In this document: in pieces, positions 9,127-18,350 of the stretch
Numbering within the stretch: position 1 is the first letter of the stretch
Layout: each line of letters opens with the position of its first letter
Assembly (NCBI GenBank): GCA_002305655.1
Contig: DBPZ01000118.1
Span: 4,224 to 68,223 of the forward strand
Origin: Lentisphaeria bacterium UBA1407
Lineage (GTDB): Bacteria > Verrucomicrobiota > Lentisphaeria > Oligosphaerales > Oligosphaeraceae
Direction: 5' to 3'
Length of the DNA stretch: 64,000 bases
The notes under the pieces: model-generated
Seen by the model: only the letters and a program-made list of their open reading frames with translations
The model's database searches: none
What the model was told of the DNA's origin: nothing
Position numbers and translations under genes: made by a program

Positions 9127-10138
9127 CGATGTGAATATTGCGTCCTGTGAGTTGCTGAGTTCGCCGGAGACCGTTCGACGGGAGCTGCCAGTGAGTGTGG
9201 CCTTGCAAAAGCAGATACGGCAATGGCGGCGAGAAGTCGTGGACATCATCACGGGGCGTGATCGACGTCTGCTGGTGATTGTGGGACCTTGTTCGGTTCA
9301 TCATCCTGCCGGGGCATTGGAGTACGCAAGACGGCTACGGGATCTGCGTGATCGCGTGGCCGACCGATATTACCTGGTGATGCGTGCGTATTTTGAAAAA
9401 CCGCGCACGACACTGGGATGGAAAGGACTGATCTACGACCCGGATCTCAATGGCGACTACAATCTCGAAAAGGGCATTGTCACTGCTCGGCAACTGCTGC
9501 TGGATTTAGCGGCGATGGGGTTGCCTGCTGCATCGGAGGTGCTCGATCCTGTTATGTCTGTGTACTTGACGGATCTGCTCAGTTGGGCGGGCATCGGCGC
9601 GCGGACGTCGGAGTCGCCGACCCATCGGCAACTGGCTAGCGGGCTGCCGACCGCCGTTGGGTTCAAGAACGGAACCGACGGGGGGCTGAAAGTCGCCTTG
9701 GACGCCTTGGCGACGGTGTCGTCGCCGCATAGTTTTATCGGTGTTATGCGCAATGGGCATACAGGTGTGTTTCGGACGCGTGGCAATCCGTACGGTCACT
9801 TGATCCTGCGAGGCGGCAGCGACGGACCGAATTACGACGCGAAAGGCATTGCTGAGGCGCGTGCGATGCTGGCCGCTGCCGGGCTTCGGCAACGGCTAGT
9901 GGTCGATTGCAGCCACGGGAACTCCAATAAGGACTGGCAACGACAGAGCGTAGTGTTCGCCGATGTGCTTGCTCAAGCCAGCAACGGCGAGAGCAAAGAC
10001 GCTATCGCCGGTATGATGCTGGAAAGTTACCTCAAGGCTGGCCGACAACAAGTCACGCCTGGAATGCCCGTGGCGCCAGACATCTCCGTCACAGACGCGT
10101 GCATGTCGTGGGAAGACACCGCCAACCTTTTGCTCTGA
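9119..10138 (+). CDS. 3-deoxy-7-phosphoheptulonate (DAHP) synthase, class I-alpha (AroF/G/H family), last cistron of trp operon
   Basis: Strong resemblance to enterobacterial AroH/G: LLVIVGPCSVH, YFEKPRTTLGWKGLIYDPDL, GARTSESPTHRQLASGL, GFKNGTDG, SGNPYGHLILRGG. The start overlaps the trpA stop by 8 nt. Confidence 0.9.
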   Translation: MHDDVNIASCELLSSPETVRRELPVSVALQKQIRQWRREVVDIITGRDRRLLVIVGPCSVHHPAGALEYARRLRDLRDRVADRYYLVMRAYFEKPRTTLGWKGLIYDPDLNGDYNLEKGIVTARQLLLDLAAMGLPAASEVLDPVMSVYLTDLLSWAGIGARTSESPTHRQLASGLPTAVGFKNGTDGGLKVALDALATVSSPHSFIGVMRNGHTGVFRTRGNPYGHLILRGGSDGPNYDAKGIAEARAMLAAAGLRQRLVVDCSHGNSNKDWQRQSVVFADVLAQASNGESKDAIAGMMLESYLKAGRQQVTPGMPVAPDISVTDACMSWEDTANLLL

Positions 10139-10177
10139 AGGGTTGAAGATGTTCAGGCTGACTGAACTGGAACAAAT

Positions 10178-10247
10178 GGGTCGGACGGGTCGGACGGGTC
10201 GGACGGGTCGGACAGGGTCGGACAGGGTCGGACAGGGTCGGACAGGG
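10178..10247. repeat. Tandem repeat: gggtcggac x3 then gggtcggaca x4 (+ggg)
   Basis: Counted directly. The 9-mers start at 10178, 10187 and 10196, and the 10-mers at 10205, 10215, 10225 and 10235. The repeat is intergenic, between convergent genes. Confidence 0.95.
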
Positions 10248-10249
10248 CA

Positions 10250-10270
10250 ATTCAGCATTCAGCATTCAAA
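10250..10270. repeat. Heptamer tandem repeat attcagc attcagc attcaaa
   Basis: Read directly. It abuts the 9/10-mer repeat. A related (attcatc)n array occurs at 55851..55878. Confidence 0.9.
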
Positions 10271-10335
10271 GCCATGTGACTGCCCTTTTGTGTCGGGATC
10301 GCAGTCAGCCCTTGTATATTATGCTCCTTCGGAGT

Positions 10336-10914
10336 CTAGCGGGTTGGATGGTTGACAATCCAGCGGAGGGTGGAGAATTTTTCGCGTGGATTTTGCTGTT
10401 GGACGAGTTCCAGCGAGCCGAATTGGGTTTGCTTGGCCAAGACTCGAATAACTGCGGCGTTTGGGGAGGCGCAGGCTCTGAGGGTTTCAAGAGATGGATT
10501 GGAGACGGGAAGCAAATCCTGCGTCAAGTGCTTGGGAGGCATGTTCTTGAATCGTGCGACGATTTCGAGCTTTTGTGAGTCGATCGCCGAGAAGGCAATC
10601 CATGTCAAAGAACCTTTTGCGCGTCGTGCGTCGATTTCAGCGAATCCACGATTTGTCAATCCCCTTGCGACGACATCGAGTTCGATATCGAGCATTCCAG
10701 AGGCTTTGAGTTGATTGAGAATTTGCAGTTTTTCTAGGAGTTCTGAGACTTCCTGTGCGGAGATGTTGCAGGGCTTCAGGGCATCGAGAGAATCGATGGA
10801 CTTGACGGTGGGAACCATGTATGCGACGGGTCGTTGCGGGGGCGTTACTCCTACGCAGGCTGCGAAGAAGAGGCAAGCCAGGATCATTCCGAGTGTTGGG
10901 ATTGCGTGTTTCAT
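10336..10914 (-). CDS. Hypothetical lipoprotein
   Basis: MKHAIPTLGMILACLFFAAC has a signal peptide with a lipobox-like FAAC. ATG 10912-10914 is preceded by AAGGAG with a 9-nt spacer and overlaps the upstream stop as ATGA. No family recognised. Confidence 0.6.
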   Translation of the reverse strand: MKHAIPTLGMILACLFFAACVGVTPPQRPVAYMVPTVKSIDSLDALKPCNISAQEVSELLEKLQILNQLKASGMLDIELDVVARGLTNRGFAEIDARRAKGSLTWIAFSAIDSQKLEIVARFKNMPPKHLTQDLLPVSNPSLETLRACASPNAAVIRVLAKQTQFGSLELVQQQNPREKFSTLRWIVNHPTR

Positions 10915-11816
10915 GATAGGCATCTCCTTGCGACGAGTTGTCGCCAGTTCCCGTTGACGGTCCACTTTTGTTGAACGAGAATATCGATCATTTTTTGGAC
11001 GCCAGACAATTCTCCTTCATGGAAGTGGTTGGCCATCAGCAGGCAACCGTTGTTAACGAGGAGATTCTGGCAGTTGTTGACGAATTGTTCCAGATCGTTG
11101 GGCTTATTGAGGAATCGTCCTCCAGCCAATCCATTGCAGACGATCAGGTTGGCCTTGATGTCCTTGATCGACTCAAGGCTTTCGGCGCGTCCGAGCAGGA
11201 AATCGACTTTGGAGTCGAGATTGTTGAATTGTTCGAATTCCCGTTGTCGCTTGGGGTCATGGGGGAGTTTTCGATGTTGTGCCATCCATACTTCCAGCGG
11301 TTCCGCAGTCACTCCGATGGTGCGCCCATTCGGGTTGAGCTTGGCGATTTCGAGGGTGCCCAATCCGACCCCGCAGCCCAGGTCCAGGATGGTTGGAGCA
11401 GGGTCGCTTTTGGCGAGAAAGTCTTGGATCCATTCGAGTTGCTGGGGATATCTTCCTGTATCCGTGCCGAATCGAGGCGGATCCGCCAATGCGCAGAAGA
11501 GCGGGAACCATTCGTGGTTTTCGAAGGCGACCCGTCCTGCGAAGGTATCCGGCAATCTCGCCCAGAGGTCGGGGAGCGCTGAAATGTCAAATTGCTGTCT
11601 CAAAACCGAAGGAACCCAATCGCGATGAGAGAGGGTCGATTCCGCGATTGCGATCAGGCTGCGACGGAACTCCTGGTAGGGCAAATAACATTCGTATTGG
11701 GCTCTCATTTCCGGGGAAACAATCGAGCCTCGCGCCCACCAGGAGCCAGGGCAATACGTATTCCAAAGTTGCTTTTTTTTGAGCCAACGTTGGTTATGTA
11801 GGCTTATGAGGTCCAC
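10911..11816 (-). CDS. Class I SAM-dependent methyltransferase
   Basis: Motif I ILDLGCGVGLGTLEIA and a post-I acidic residue pattern. The N-terminal ~140 aa is of unknown function. Confidence 0.7.
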   Translation of the reverse strand: MDLISLHNQRWLKKKQLWNTYCPGSWWARGSIVSPEMRAQYECYLPYQEFRRSLIAIAESTLSHRDWVPSVLRQQFDISALPDLWARLPDTFAGRVAFENHEWFPLFCALADPPRFGTDTGRYPQQLEWIQDFLAKSDPAPTILDLGCGVGLGTLEIAKLNPNGRTIGVTAEPLEVWMAQHRKLPHDPKRQREFEQFNNLDSKVDFLLGRAESLESIKDIKANLIVCNGLAGGRFLNKPNDLEQFVNNCQNLLVNNGCLLMANHFHEGELSGVQKMIDILVQQKWTVNGNWRQLVARRCLS

Positions 11817-12592
11817 TCCATACCATCCTTGGCGAGCGTAAACCCGAAGGTGTCGAGTTCTCGTGCGTAGATATCGTGGCTTGGGCAGAGCGTCCTGGCC
11901 AGATGCGAACAGAACATCTTGGTATGCTTTTGGATGGCGCCGTCGTTTTTGAAGGCATTTGCCATGATTTTAAGCATTCCGAAATTGGAGTGTTCCCCGA
12001 GTCTCCAGTCGTCCAGGTTGCCGCAAGTCAATTCCCAGACGATGACGTCGAGCTTGGCTTTTTGTATGGCGTGCCAGGTTGTTGGCGGGAACCAGGATCC
12101 GTCCAGGCCGTAGAGCATGGTTTCGTTGGTTGGCGTTTTGATGATGAAATGGCAGGCGAGTTCGCCGGGGATTCCTATCGGATGGGAAGCAGGGTAGGTA
12201 TTAATGGCATAGTCGCCAACCTGAAGGCATTCCAGGGGCAGGAATCCTTTGACCAGTAGGCGGTCGGCCAAGTCGTCGGGCACGCCGCATCGATTTTTTG
12301 CGGCTTCTGCATCAATGTACAGGACGATTGGCTTTGCTGAAGCGTCGCGTCGCTTGGCGATTTGGCAAATCACGTCGAGATTGAAGTGATCACCGTGGGG
12401 ATGGCCGATCAGGATTGCGTCCAATGCATGGACATCGACATTGAATTCGTCAATGGCGTCCAGCGTCATCGGCCCGCAATCGATTAGGATTCGATCGTCA
12501 AGGACGAGCGAGGAGAATCGTCGTCCCGCACCAACGGATTTTCCGGGATTTGGCCAATCGGCGGCACCTGTGCCAAGAAACTTGATTTTCAT
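11804..12592 (-). CDS. MBL-fold metallo-hydrolase
   Basis: FLGTGAA N-terminus and the HPHGDHF (HxHxDH) metal motif. 262 aa. Confidence 0.75.
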   Translation of the reverse strand: MKIKFLGTGAADWPNPGKSVGAGRRFSSLVLDDRILIDCGPMTLDAIDEFNVDVHALDAILIGHPHGDHFNLDVICQIAKRRDASAKPIVLYIDAEAAKNRCGVPDDLADRLLVKGFLPLECLQVGDYAINTYPASHPIGIPGELACHFIIKTPTNETMLYGLDGSWFPPTTWHAIQKAKLDVIVWELTCGNLDDWRLGEHSNFGMLKIMANAFKNDGAIQKHTKMFCSHLARTLCPSHDIYARELDTFGFTLAKDGMEWTS

Positions 12593-12624
12593 GGTATTCC
12601 TTCCAGTTGAAATGATCTACGCGA

Positions 12625-13845
12625 TCAGCCCAAAGACTGAATGAGTTCGTGGTATTGGTTGAATGGTTGGAGGCTTCGTTTGAGGATTCCGTTAACATGT
12701 GCGATAACGAGTCCGTAGTTGGTCATCGGGATGTTTTGATCTTGCGCGCAGGCGACGCGGTACTTCATTTCCCGTTCATTGAGCATGCAGCCGCCGCAGT
12801 GGACGATCAAGTCGTAGCCGCTCAAGTCAAGGGGGAACTCCCCTCCGCTGGTGAAACTGAATTGAATGTCGTCGCTCTTTGTGAATTGGCGTATCCAATG
12901 AGGCAGCTTGACGGTGCCGATATCGTTGCATTGCCGATGATGGGTGCATCCTTCTGAAATCAGAACCCTTGCATGGCTTTTGAGGCTTTGCAGCGCTGCG
13001 ATTCCCCGGACTGCGTAATCAAGGCTTCCCTTGTATCTTGCCATCAGGATTGAGAAAGAGGTTAGGGGCTGGTTGATAGGGAGGCGGGCGGCGACCTCCT
13101 TGAAAACCTGGCTGTCCGTGATTACGAGTTTTGGCGGCTCAACCAATTGCTTCAAGGCGAATTCCAGTTCGGTATCTCTGACGACGAGGGTTGGCACTCC
13201 GCGTTCCAGTGCGTCGCGGATCGTTTGTTGCTGCGGGAGTATCAGCCTTCCTTTTGGGGCTGCCTTGTCAACCGGCGTGACCATGACGACCAAGTCGCCG
13301 GCTTCCACAAGTCCTTCAAGCAATCCGATTTGCTGGGTTTCCTGGCGACCAAGACGTCCCAGGGTTTCCTTCAGTTGCTCGATCCCTTCACCGGTTTCTG
13401 CCGAAACACGAATCACGTTGTCGCCGAAAGGCAGATTGTCGGCTACCTCGCTCAAATCAATTTTGTTGATGGCGACAATGGTGGGGATGTTCTTTTTGGC
13501 GATTTGTTCCAGGATGTCGTTGTCATGTGGTGTCAATCCGACAGTTGCATCGACGACGAGCACTGCGATATCTGTTTTGTTGAGGATTTGCCTTGTTTTG
13601 CTGATCCGTTTTGCGCCGAGTTCTCCGACATCGTCCAGTCCGGCGGTATCGATTATGACGACTGGTCCCAGCGGGAGCAGTTCCATTGCTTTTAGGACTG
13701 GGTCGGTAGTCGTTCCTTTTTGCTCTGAGACGATTGCGAGTTGCTGTCCGGTGACGGCATTGACCAGTGCTGATTTTCCTGCGTTTCTGCATCCGAAGAA
13801 TCCGATATGTGTTCGTTCGGAAGATGGAGTTGCGTTCATTGTCAT
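12625..13845 (-). CDS. hydF: [FeFe]-hydrogenase H-cluster maturation GTPase HydF
   Basis: P-loop GCRNAGKS, TTTDPV and DTAGLDD. PKGRLILPQ is present, and the C-terminal cluster ligands are EGCTHH ... HCGGC. It aligns by eye along the full length to Thermotoga HydF. Confidence 0.88.
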   Translation of the reverse strand: MTMNATPSSERTHIGFFGCRNAGKSALVNAVTGQQLAIVSEQKGTTTDPVLKAMELLPLGPVVIIDTAGLDDVGELGAKRISKTRQILNKTDIAVLVVDATVGLTPHDNDILEQIAKKNIPTIVAINKIDLSEVADNLPFGDNVIRVSAETGEGIEQLKETLGRLGRQETQQIGLLEGLVEAGDLVVMVTPVDKAAPKGRLILPQQQTIRDALERGVPTLVVRDTELEFALKQLVEPPKLVITDSQVFKEVAARLPINQPLTSFSILMARYKGSLDYAVRGIAALQSLKSHARVLISEGCTHHRQCNDIGTVKLPHWIRQFTKSDDIQFSFTSGGEFPLDLSGYDLIVHCGGCMLNEREMKYRVACAQDQNIPMTNYGLVIAHVNGILKRSLQPFNQYHELIQSLG

Positions 13846-13866
13846 CGTGTTTACCTTGCCTTATGT

Positions 13867-16083
13867 TTACAACAGGCTTCTCGGATCGATATCGGCGTAG
13901 ATATTGACTTTTTGGGGTTGTTTCCGTGAGACGATCATCGCCCTCAGGATTCGGGAGAGCCTACGTATTGAGCCTCCTCTCAGGAGGATTTGGTATCTGA
14001 AGTACGTTTGGACCTTTGAGAGCGGGGATGGCATTGGCCCGATGACCTGTGTCTTCTCTTCCAGATGTGGTTTCAGTTCATCGGCGAAAGCCTCTGCCGC
14101 AGCTGCGGCAAGCGCTTCTTCCCGGCTTCGGAAATGGACGATCGCCATGTGGGAAACAGGCGGGAAATCCAGCATTTTCCTTGAGATCATTTCCTCGTCA
14201 TAGAAGCTTTTGAAGTCGTGGTGGATGGCGAATTTCAGGGCGAAGTGGTCTGGTGTATAGGTTTGTACGATGACATCTCCTGGCGTATCGCCTCGTCCTG
14301 CGCGTCCTGCCACCTGCGTGATCAGTTGGAACGTGCGTTCGCCGCTACGGAAATCCGGGATGTGGAGCCCGATGTCCGCCTGGATCACTCCTACTAGCGT
14401 TACATTGGGAAAATCCAAGCCCTTGGCAATCATCTGTGTCCCGATCAAGATATTCACCCTGCCTGCGCGGAAGCTTTCCAGGACTTTCTTGTAGCTATCC
14501 TTGGCCCGCATCGTGTCGGAATCCATTCGGGCGATCTTCGCCTTGGGGAACAGGGCTTGCGTGATCGATTCGATCTTCTCGGTTCCGAAGCCGGAATAGC
14601 GGATCTCCGGATCGTCGCACTGGGGGCATTTCATCGGGGCGAGTTTTTCGGCTCCGCACAGGTGGCAGTTCAAGGTGCCGGCGTGCTTATGATAGACGTA
14701 GGATACGCTGCAATTATCGCAACTTGCCACGTATCCGCACTTGGAGCACATCATTTGTGTCGCAAAGCCACGGCGATTCAAGAACAAGATTATCTGCTCG
14801 TGCTTTTGCAATCGATCGAAGATCAGATCTTTGAGCTGCCTGGAGAAGATTTGCGCTTTTCCGGCGAGTGCGGCTTCCAGCCCCATGTCGATTAGCTGTA
14901 CATTGGGAAGTGGCTTGACATCGACTCGTTCAGTCAATTCGAGCAGTTTATACCGTCCTTGCTGGCAGTTGTAGTACGATTCGAGCGATGGTGTTGCGGA
15001 ACCCAGCAGTATGGTCGCCTTTTCGTGTTTTCCCCTGACGACTGCCAGGTCTCTGGCGTTGTACCTGGGCGATTCTTCCTGTTTGTAGCTGGTTTCGTGC
15101 TCTTCGTCCACGACGATCAAGCCCAGCTCCCTGAATGGTGCGAACAAGGCGGATCGTGCTCCGATGGCGATTCTGGATCGTCCTTCATTGATGCGAGTCC
15201 ATTCGTCAAATCGTTCGCCATCGCTCAATCCGCTATGGAGCACGCTGACCAGGTCACCGAATCGGCTTCGGAAGCGTTCGCAAGTTTGGGGAGTCAGTGA
15301 GATTTCAGGTACGAGGACGATCGCTTCCTTGCCTAGTTCCAAGCATGTGGCGATTGCTTGCAAATATACCTCGGTCTTGCCTGAAGCCGTGATGCCATGA
15401 AGCAAAATCACCTGGCTATCCACCGCCAATAGAGATGCGTTGATCGCGTCCAAGGCGGTTTTTTGCTCGGGCGTCAAGTCCTTGGGCTGGTCCCGTTGGA
15501 CGAGGTCATTGAGGAACGGGTCTCGTTCGACTACCCTGAGTTCCTTTTTCAGCCAGCCTTCCTGGCACATTTTGGAGACGGTCGAGGCGCTGACGATGCC
15601 CGTGGAGACCAGTTCGGTCAACATGGTATCGCCTTCGCGCCTCAAGTATGAAATGACTTCCTTCCGCTTGTCAGACAGGGCATCGAAGTCTTCTCCTCCT
15701 GCCATCGCCTTGATGGTCAGCGAGACGAAAAGCACCTGCTTGTGCTTCATTTCGCCGCTTCTGACGACGGCTGGGAGAAGTGTTTGGATGGCGTGTTCCT
15801 TGGGGCAGCAATAGTAGTCCGACATCCATTCGGCAAGCCAGATCAATCCCTTCGGAATCTGTTCCCGTTCGCCTTCAAGACAGAGGATAGGCTTCAGCTT
15901 GTAGGGGGAGGTCGCCTTCATCGCGACAACGTAGCCGCTCCTTTCCCCGTGCTTGAATTCCACTTTTACCCGGCTGCCCTCCCTGACTTGTCCGCGCAAG
16001 GCGGGGGGAACCGAATAGTCGAACACGCGATCCAGTGACAAGGAAAAGATAACTTGCGCTACCTCTAGTCCTGATGATCCCAT
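13867..16083 (-). CDS. priA: Primosomal protein N' (replication restart helicase PriA)
   Basis: Walker A GITASGKT, DEEH box (VVDEEHETSYKQ), and the Zn-finger insert CSKCG..CDNC..CHLCG..CPQC. 738 aa. Confidence 0.95.
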   Translation of the reverse strand: MGSSGLEVAQVIFSLSLDRVFDYSVPPALRGQVREGSRVKVEFKHGERSGYVVAMKATSPYKLKPILCLEGEREQIPKGLIWLAEWMSDYYCCPKEHAIQTLLPAVVRSGEMKHKQVLFVSLTIKAMAGGEDFDALSDKRKEVISYLRREGDTMLTELVSTGIVSASTVSKMCQEGWLKKELRVVERDPFLNDLVQRDQPKDLTPEQKTALDAINASLLAVDSQVILLHGITASGKTEVYLQAIATCLELGKEAIVLVPEISLTPQTCERFRSRFGDLVSVLHSGLSDGERFDEWTRINEGRSRIAIGARSALFAPFRELGLIVVDEEHETSYKQEESPRYNARDLAVVRGKHEKATILLGSATPSLESYYNCQQGRYKLLELTERVDVKPLPNVQLIDMGLEAALAGKAQIFSRQLKDLIFDRLQKHEQIILFLNRRGFATQMMCSKCGYVASCDNCSVSYVYHKHAGTLNCHLCGAEKLAPMKCPQCDDPEIRYSGFGTEKIESITQALFPKAKIARMDSDTMRAKDSYKKVLESFRAGRVNILIGTQMIAKGLDFPNVTLVGVIQADIGLHIPDFRSGERTFQLITQVAGRAGRGDTPGDVIVQTYTPDHFALKFAIHHDFKSFYDEEMISRKMLDFPPVSHMAIVHFRSREEALAAAAAEAFADELKPHLEEKTQVIGPMPSPLSKVQTYFRYQILLRGGSIRRLSRILRAMIVSRKQPQKVNIYADIDPRSLL

Positions 16084-16104
16084 CCCGAATACCCCCAGTG
16101 CAAC

Positions 16105-17478
16105 CTACAATCCAAGCGCTTTCTTCCAACGGTCGATTTGCTCGCCGACCCTGATCGGGGCGGTGCCGCCTTCCAGCGACCGGGCATTGACTGAACTTGA
16201 CGCATTGAACAGCTTGAGGCATTCCTCCGTGGCGGCGGGAATGGATTTCCGCATGTCTTCGAGGCTGGCGGCATTCAAGGCAATCCCATTTCTGGCACAG
16301 AATCCCACGAATGCCCCGACTTGGTGGTGGGCGTCGCGGAAGGGCACGCCTTGTTTCACCAGCCACTCTGCCAGATCCGTCGCTTCCAGGGCGGGATCGG
16401 CTGCCGCTTCGGCCATTGCCTTTTCGTTGGCGGTCAGCGTTCCGAGCATGGCGGACATTGTGGCGAGGCTGAGCTTCACCGTGTCGATGGCATCAAACAA
16501 TCCTTCCTTGTCTTCCTGGAGGTCTCGGTTGTAGGTCAACGGAAGTCCCTTGAGGGTTGTGAGCATCGCGGTCAGGTGCCCATAGACGCGTCCTGTTTTG
16601 CCACGAGTCAATTCCGCAACGTCGGGGTTCTTCTTTTGCGGCATCAGGCTGGAACCCGTCGTAAAGGCGTCCCCCAGCCCGATGAAGCCGAATTCCTGCG
16701 AAAACCACAGGATGATGTCCTCGGAAAGACGTGACAAATGCATGGCGACGATCGCCAAGTCGGCGAGGAATTCGACGATGTAGTCCCTGTCGCCAACAGC
16801 GTCCATCGAGTTGTGGAGGATATCGTCAAAACCCAGGAGCTTGGCGGTGTAGCTACGATCCAGCGGGAGTGTCGATCCTGCGATTGCGCCTGCTCCGAGC
16901 GGGGAACGATTGAGCCGTTTCCTGGCATCCTGGAAACGTTCGATGTCACGCTCGAGCATTTCGACGTACGCCAGCAGGTGGTGTGCGAAAAGAACAGGCT
17001 GCGCGTGTTGGAGATGGGTAAAGCCAGGCATGATCAGCGTCCTGTACTTGTCAGCGAGGCTTACCAGGCTTCGTTGCATCTCTCGGATCAGTTCGACTGT
17101 TTGGTCAGCTTCGAATCTAAGGTAGAGTCTTTCGTCTGTAGCGACCTGATCGTTTCTTGAGCGTCCGGTATGCAGCTTGGCGCCTGGCGCTCCGATGCGT
17201 TCGGTCAGCCTGGCCTCGATATTCATGTGGATATCTTCCAGCGCCTCGTCAAATTCGAAGTTATTATTATTGATATCTTGTAGGATTTGATCGAGTCCCC
17301 TTATGATTTCATCGGCGTCGTTTTGCGAGATGATCCCTTGCTTGGCGAGCATTTGCGCATGCGCCTTGCTGCCTTGGATATCGAAAGGGTACAATCTTTT
17401 ATCGTACGAGATTGATTGTGTGAATTGCTGGACGAGGCTATCTGTTCCTTCCGAGAATCTTCCTGACCAGAGCGCCAT
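16105..17478 (-). CDS. argH: Argininosuccinate lyase
   Basis: N-terminus MALWSGRFSEG, the GSSLMPQKKNPD signature and TGRSRNDQVATD. Confidence 0.96.
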   Translation of the reverse strand: MALWSGRFSEGTDSLVQQFTQSISYDKRLYPFDIQGSKAHAQMLAKQGIISQNDADEIIRGLDQILQDINNNNFEFDEALEDIHMNIEARLTERIGAPGAKLHTGRSRNDQVATDERLYLRFEADQTVELIREMQRSLVSLADKYRTLIMPGFTHLQHAQPVLFAHHLLAYVEMLERDIERFQDARKRLNRSPLGAGAIAGSTLPLDRSYTAKLLGFDDILHNSMDAVGDRDYIVEFLADLAIVAMHLSRLSEDIILWFSQEFGFIGLGDAFTTGSSLMPQKKNPDVAELTRGKTGRVYGHLTAMLTTLKGLPLTYNRDLQEDKEGLFDAIDTVKLSLATMSAMLGTLTANEKAMAEAAADPALEATDLAEWLVKQGVPFRDAHHQVGAFVGFCARNGIALNAASLEDMRKSIPAATEECLKLFNASSSVNARSLEGGTAPIRVGEQIDRWKKALGL

Positions 17479-18323
17479 TATTTTTTCTCCTTCCCGAGAT
17501 CAAGCAACTGTTGCAGGGGCGGGGGAACATCGTCGTAGTCGTCATGCAGGACGACACGTCCCGTGGCGGAATCGATCTCAGACTTCGTCAGGCAATCCAG
17601 GATATGCGCGGCGGCGGTCGTGATGTTGGCTGCAGTGAATCCGAATTTCGCCAATTCTCTGAAGAATGTATCGGCGACTTTGGCGACGACCTTGTTGGGA
17701 TCCCTGAGCAAGTTGAGGATCAGTTGCTCGGAGGCGGCGCGCTTGTCGCCAGCCTCGGAGACATTCGTGTTGAGTAATTCCTTCGATCCCCAAATGTAGC
17801 TCTGGCTCATGTTGACCTTCTGGTCGACAATGTCGTACATCCGGGAGTTCTCGTAGACGAGCGATGCGATTGGGGCGATCAGCGAGAAGAGCTTTCTGCG
17901 TATGGCATCATACGGGGTCGTGGTTTCCTTGTTCTTGGGACCGCCGGCGATCAGCAGACCGACCCGTGACTTCTTCACCACAATCGGATTGATGATGATC
18001 GGGAACATAATCCCCTCGATACCTACCTCGACCTTGCCGACCTGGTGCATATGATGGCATTTCCACAAGATCCGATGAAGCTTCTCAGGAACCAACAAGC
18101 GATGGTTGGGCTTCACATTCGGACTGTTAATGCCGACGACTGAGCGAACGATCAGTTCCTGACGTACCTCGTCACGTTCCAGGAACACCGCTTGCTCGGT
18201 CCCCATCAATGAGCAGGTCATCTTGGTGATGTGGTTCAAGCCTTCTTCGAGGGTGGTCGGATCAAGGAATGCTTCCGTCAAAAGCGTCAACATTTCAAGA
18301 TTTTTTTCGAAATCGTTCTTCAT
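17478..18323 (-). CDS. Hypothetical protein, GAF-like N-terminal domain
   Basis: The first ~165 aa have a GAF-like pattern by eye only. The stop TAA shares one base with the argH ATG (TAATG). Confidence 0.4.
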   Translation of the reverse strand: MKNDFEKNLEMLTLLTEAFLDPTTLEEGLNHITKMTCSLMGTEQAVFLERDEVRQELIVRSVVGINSPNVKPNHRLLVPEKLHRILWKCHHMHQVGKVEVGIEGIMFPIIINPIVVKKSRVGLLIAGGPKNKETTTPYDAIRRKLFSLIAPIASLVYENSRMYDIVDQKVNMSQSYIWGSKELLNTNVSEAGDKRAASEQLILNLLRDPNKVVAKVADTFFRELAKFGFTAANITTAAAHILDCLTKSEIDSATGRVVLHDDYDDVPPPLQQLLDLGKEKK

Positions 18324-18350
18324 TGTGTTTGTTTCCTTTTTTTCATTGTG

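Noticed and set aside
10178-10270. Possible CRISPR array
   Set aside because: The repeats are only 7-10 nt and directly abutting with no spacers. No cas genes are in the window.
10143-10355. 70-aa ORF (MKMFRLTELEQMGRTGRTGRTG...) over the tandem repeat
   Set aside because: The peptide is simply the translation of the 9/10-nt repeat, and the period switch from 9 to 10 nt breaks any repeat-peptide logic. It has no SD and lies in a convergent intergenic gap.
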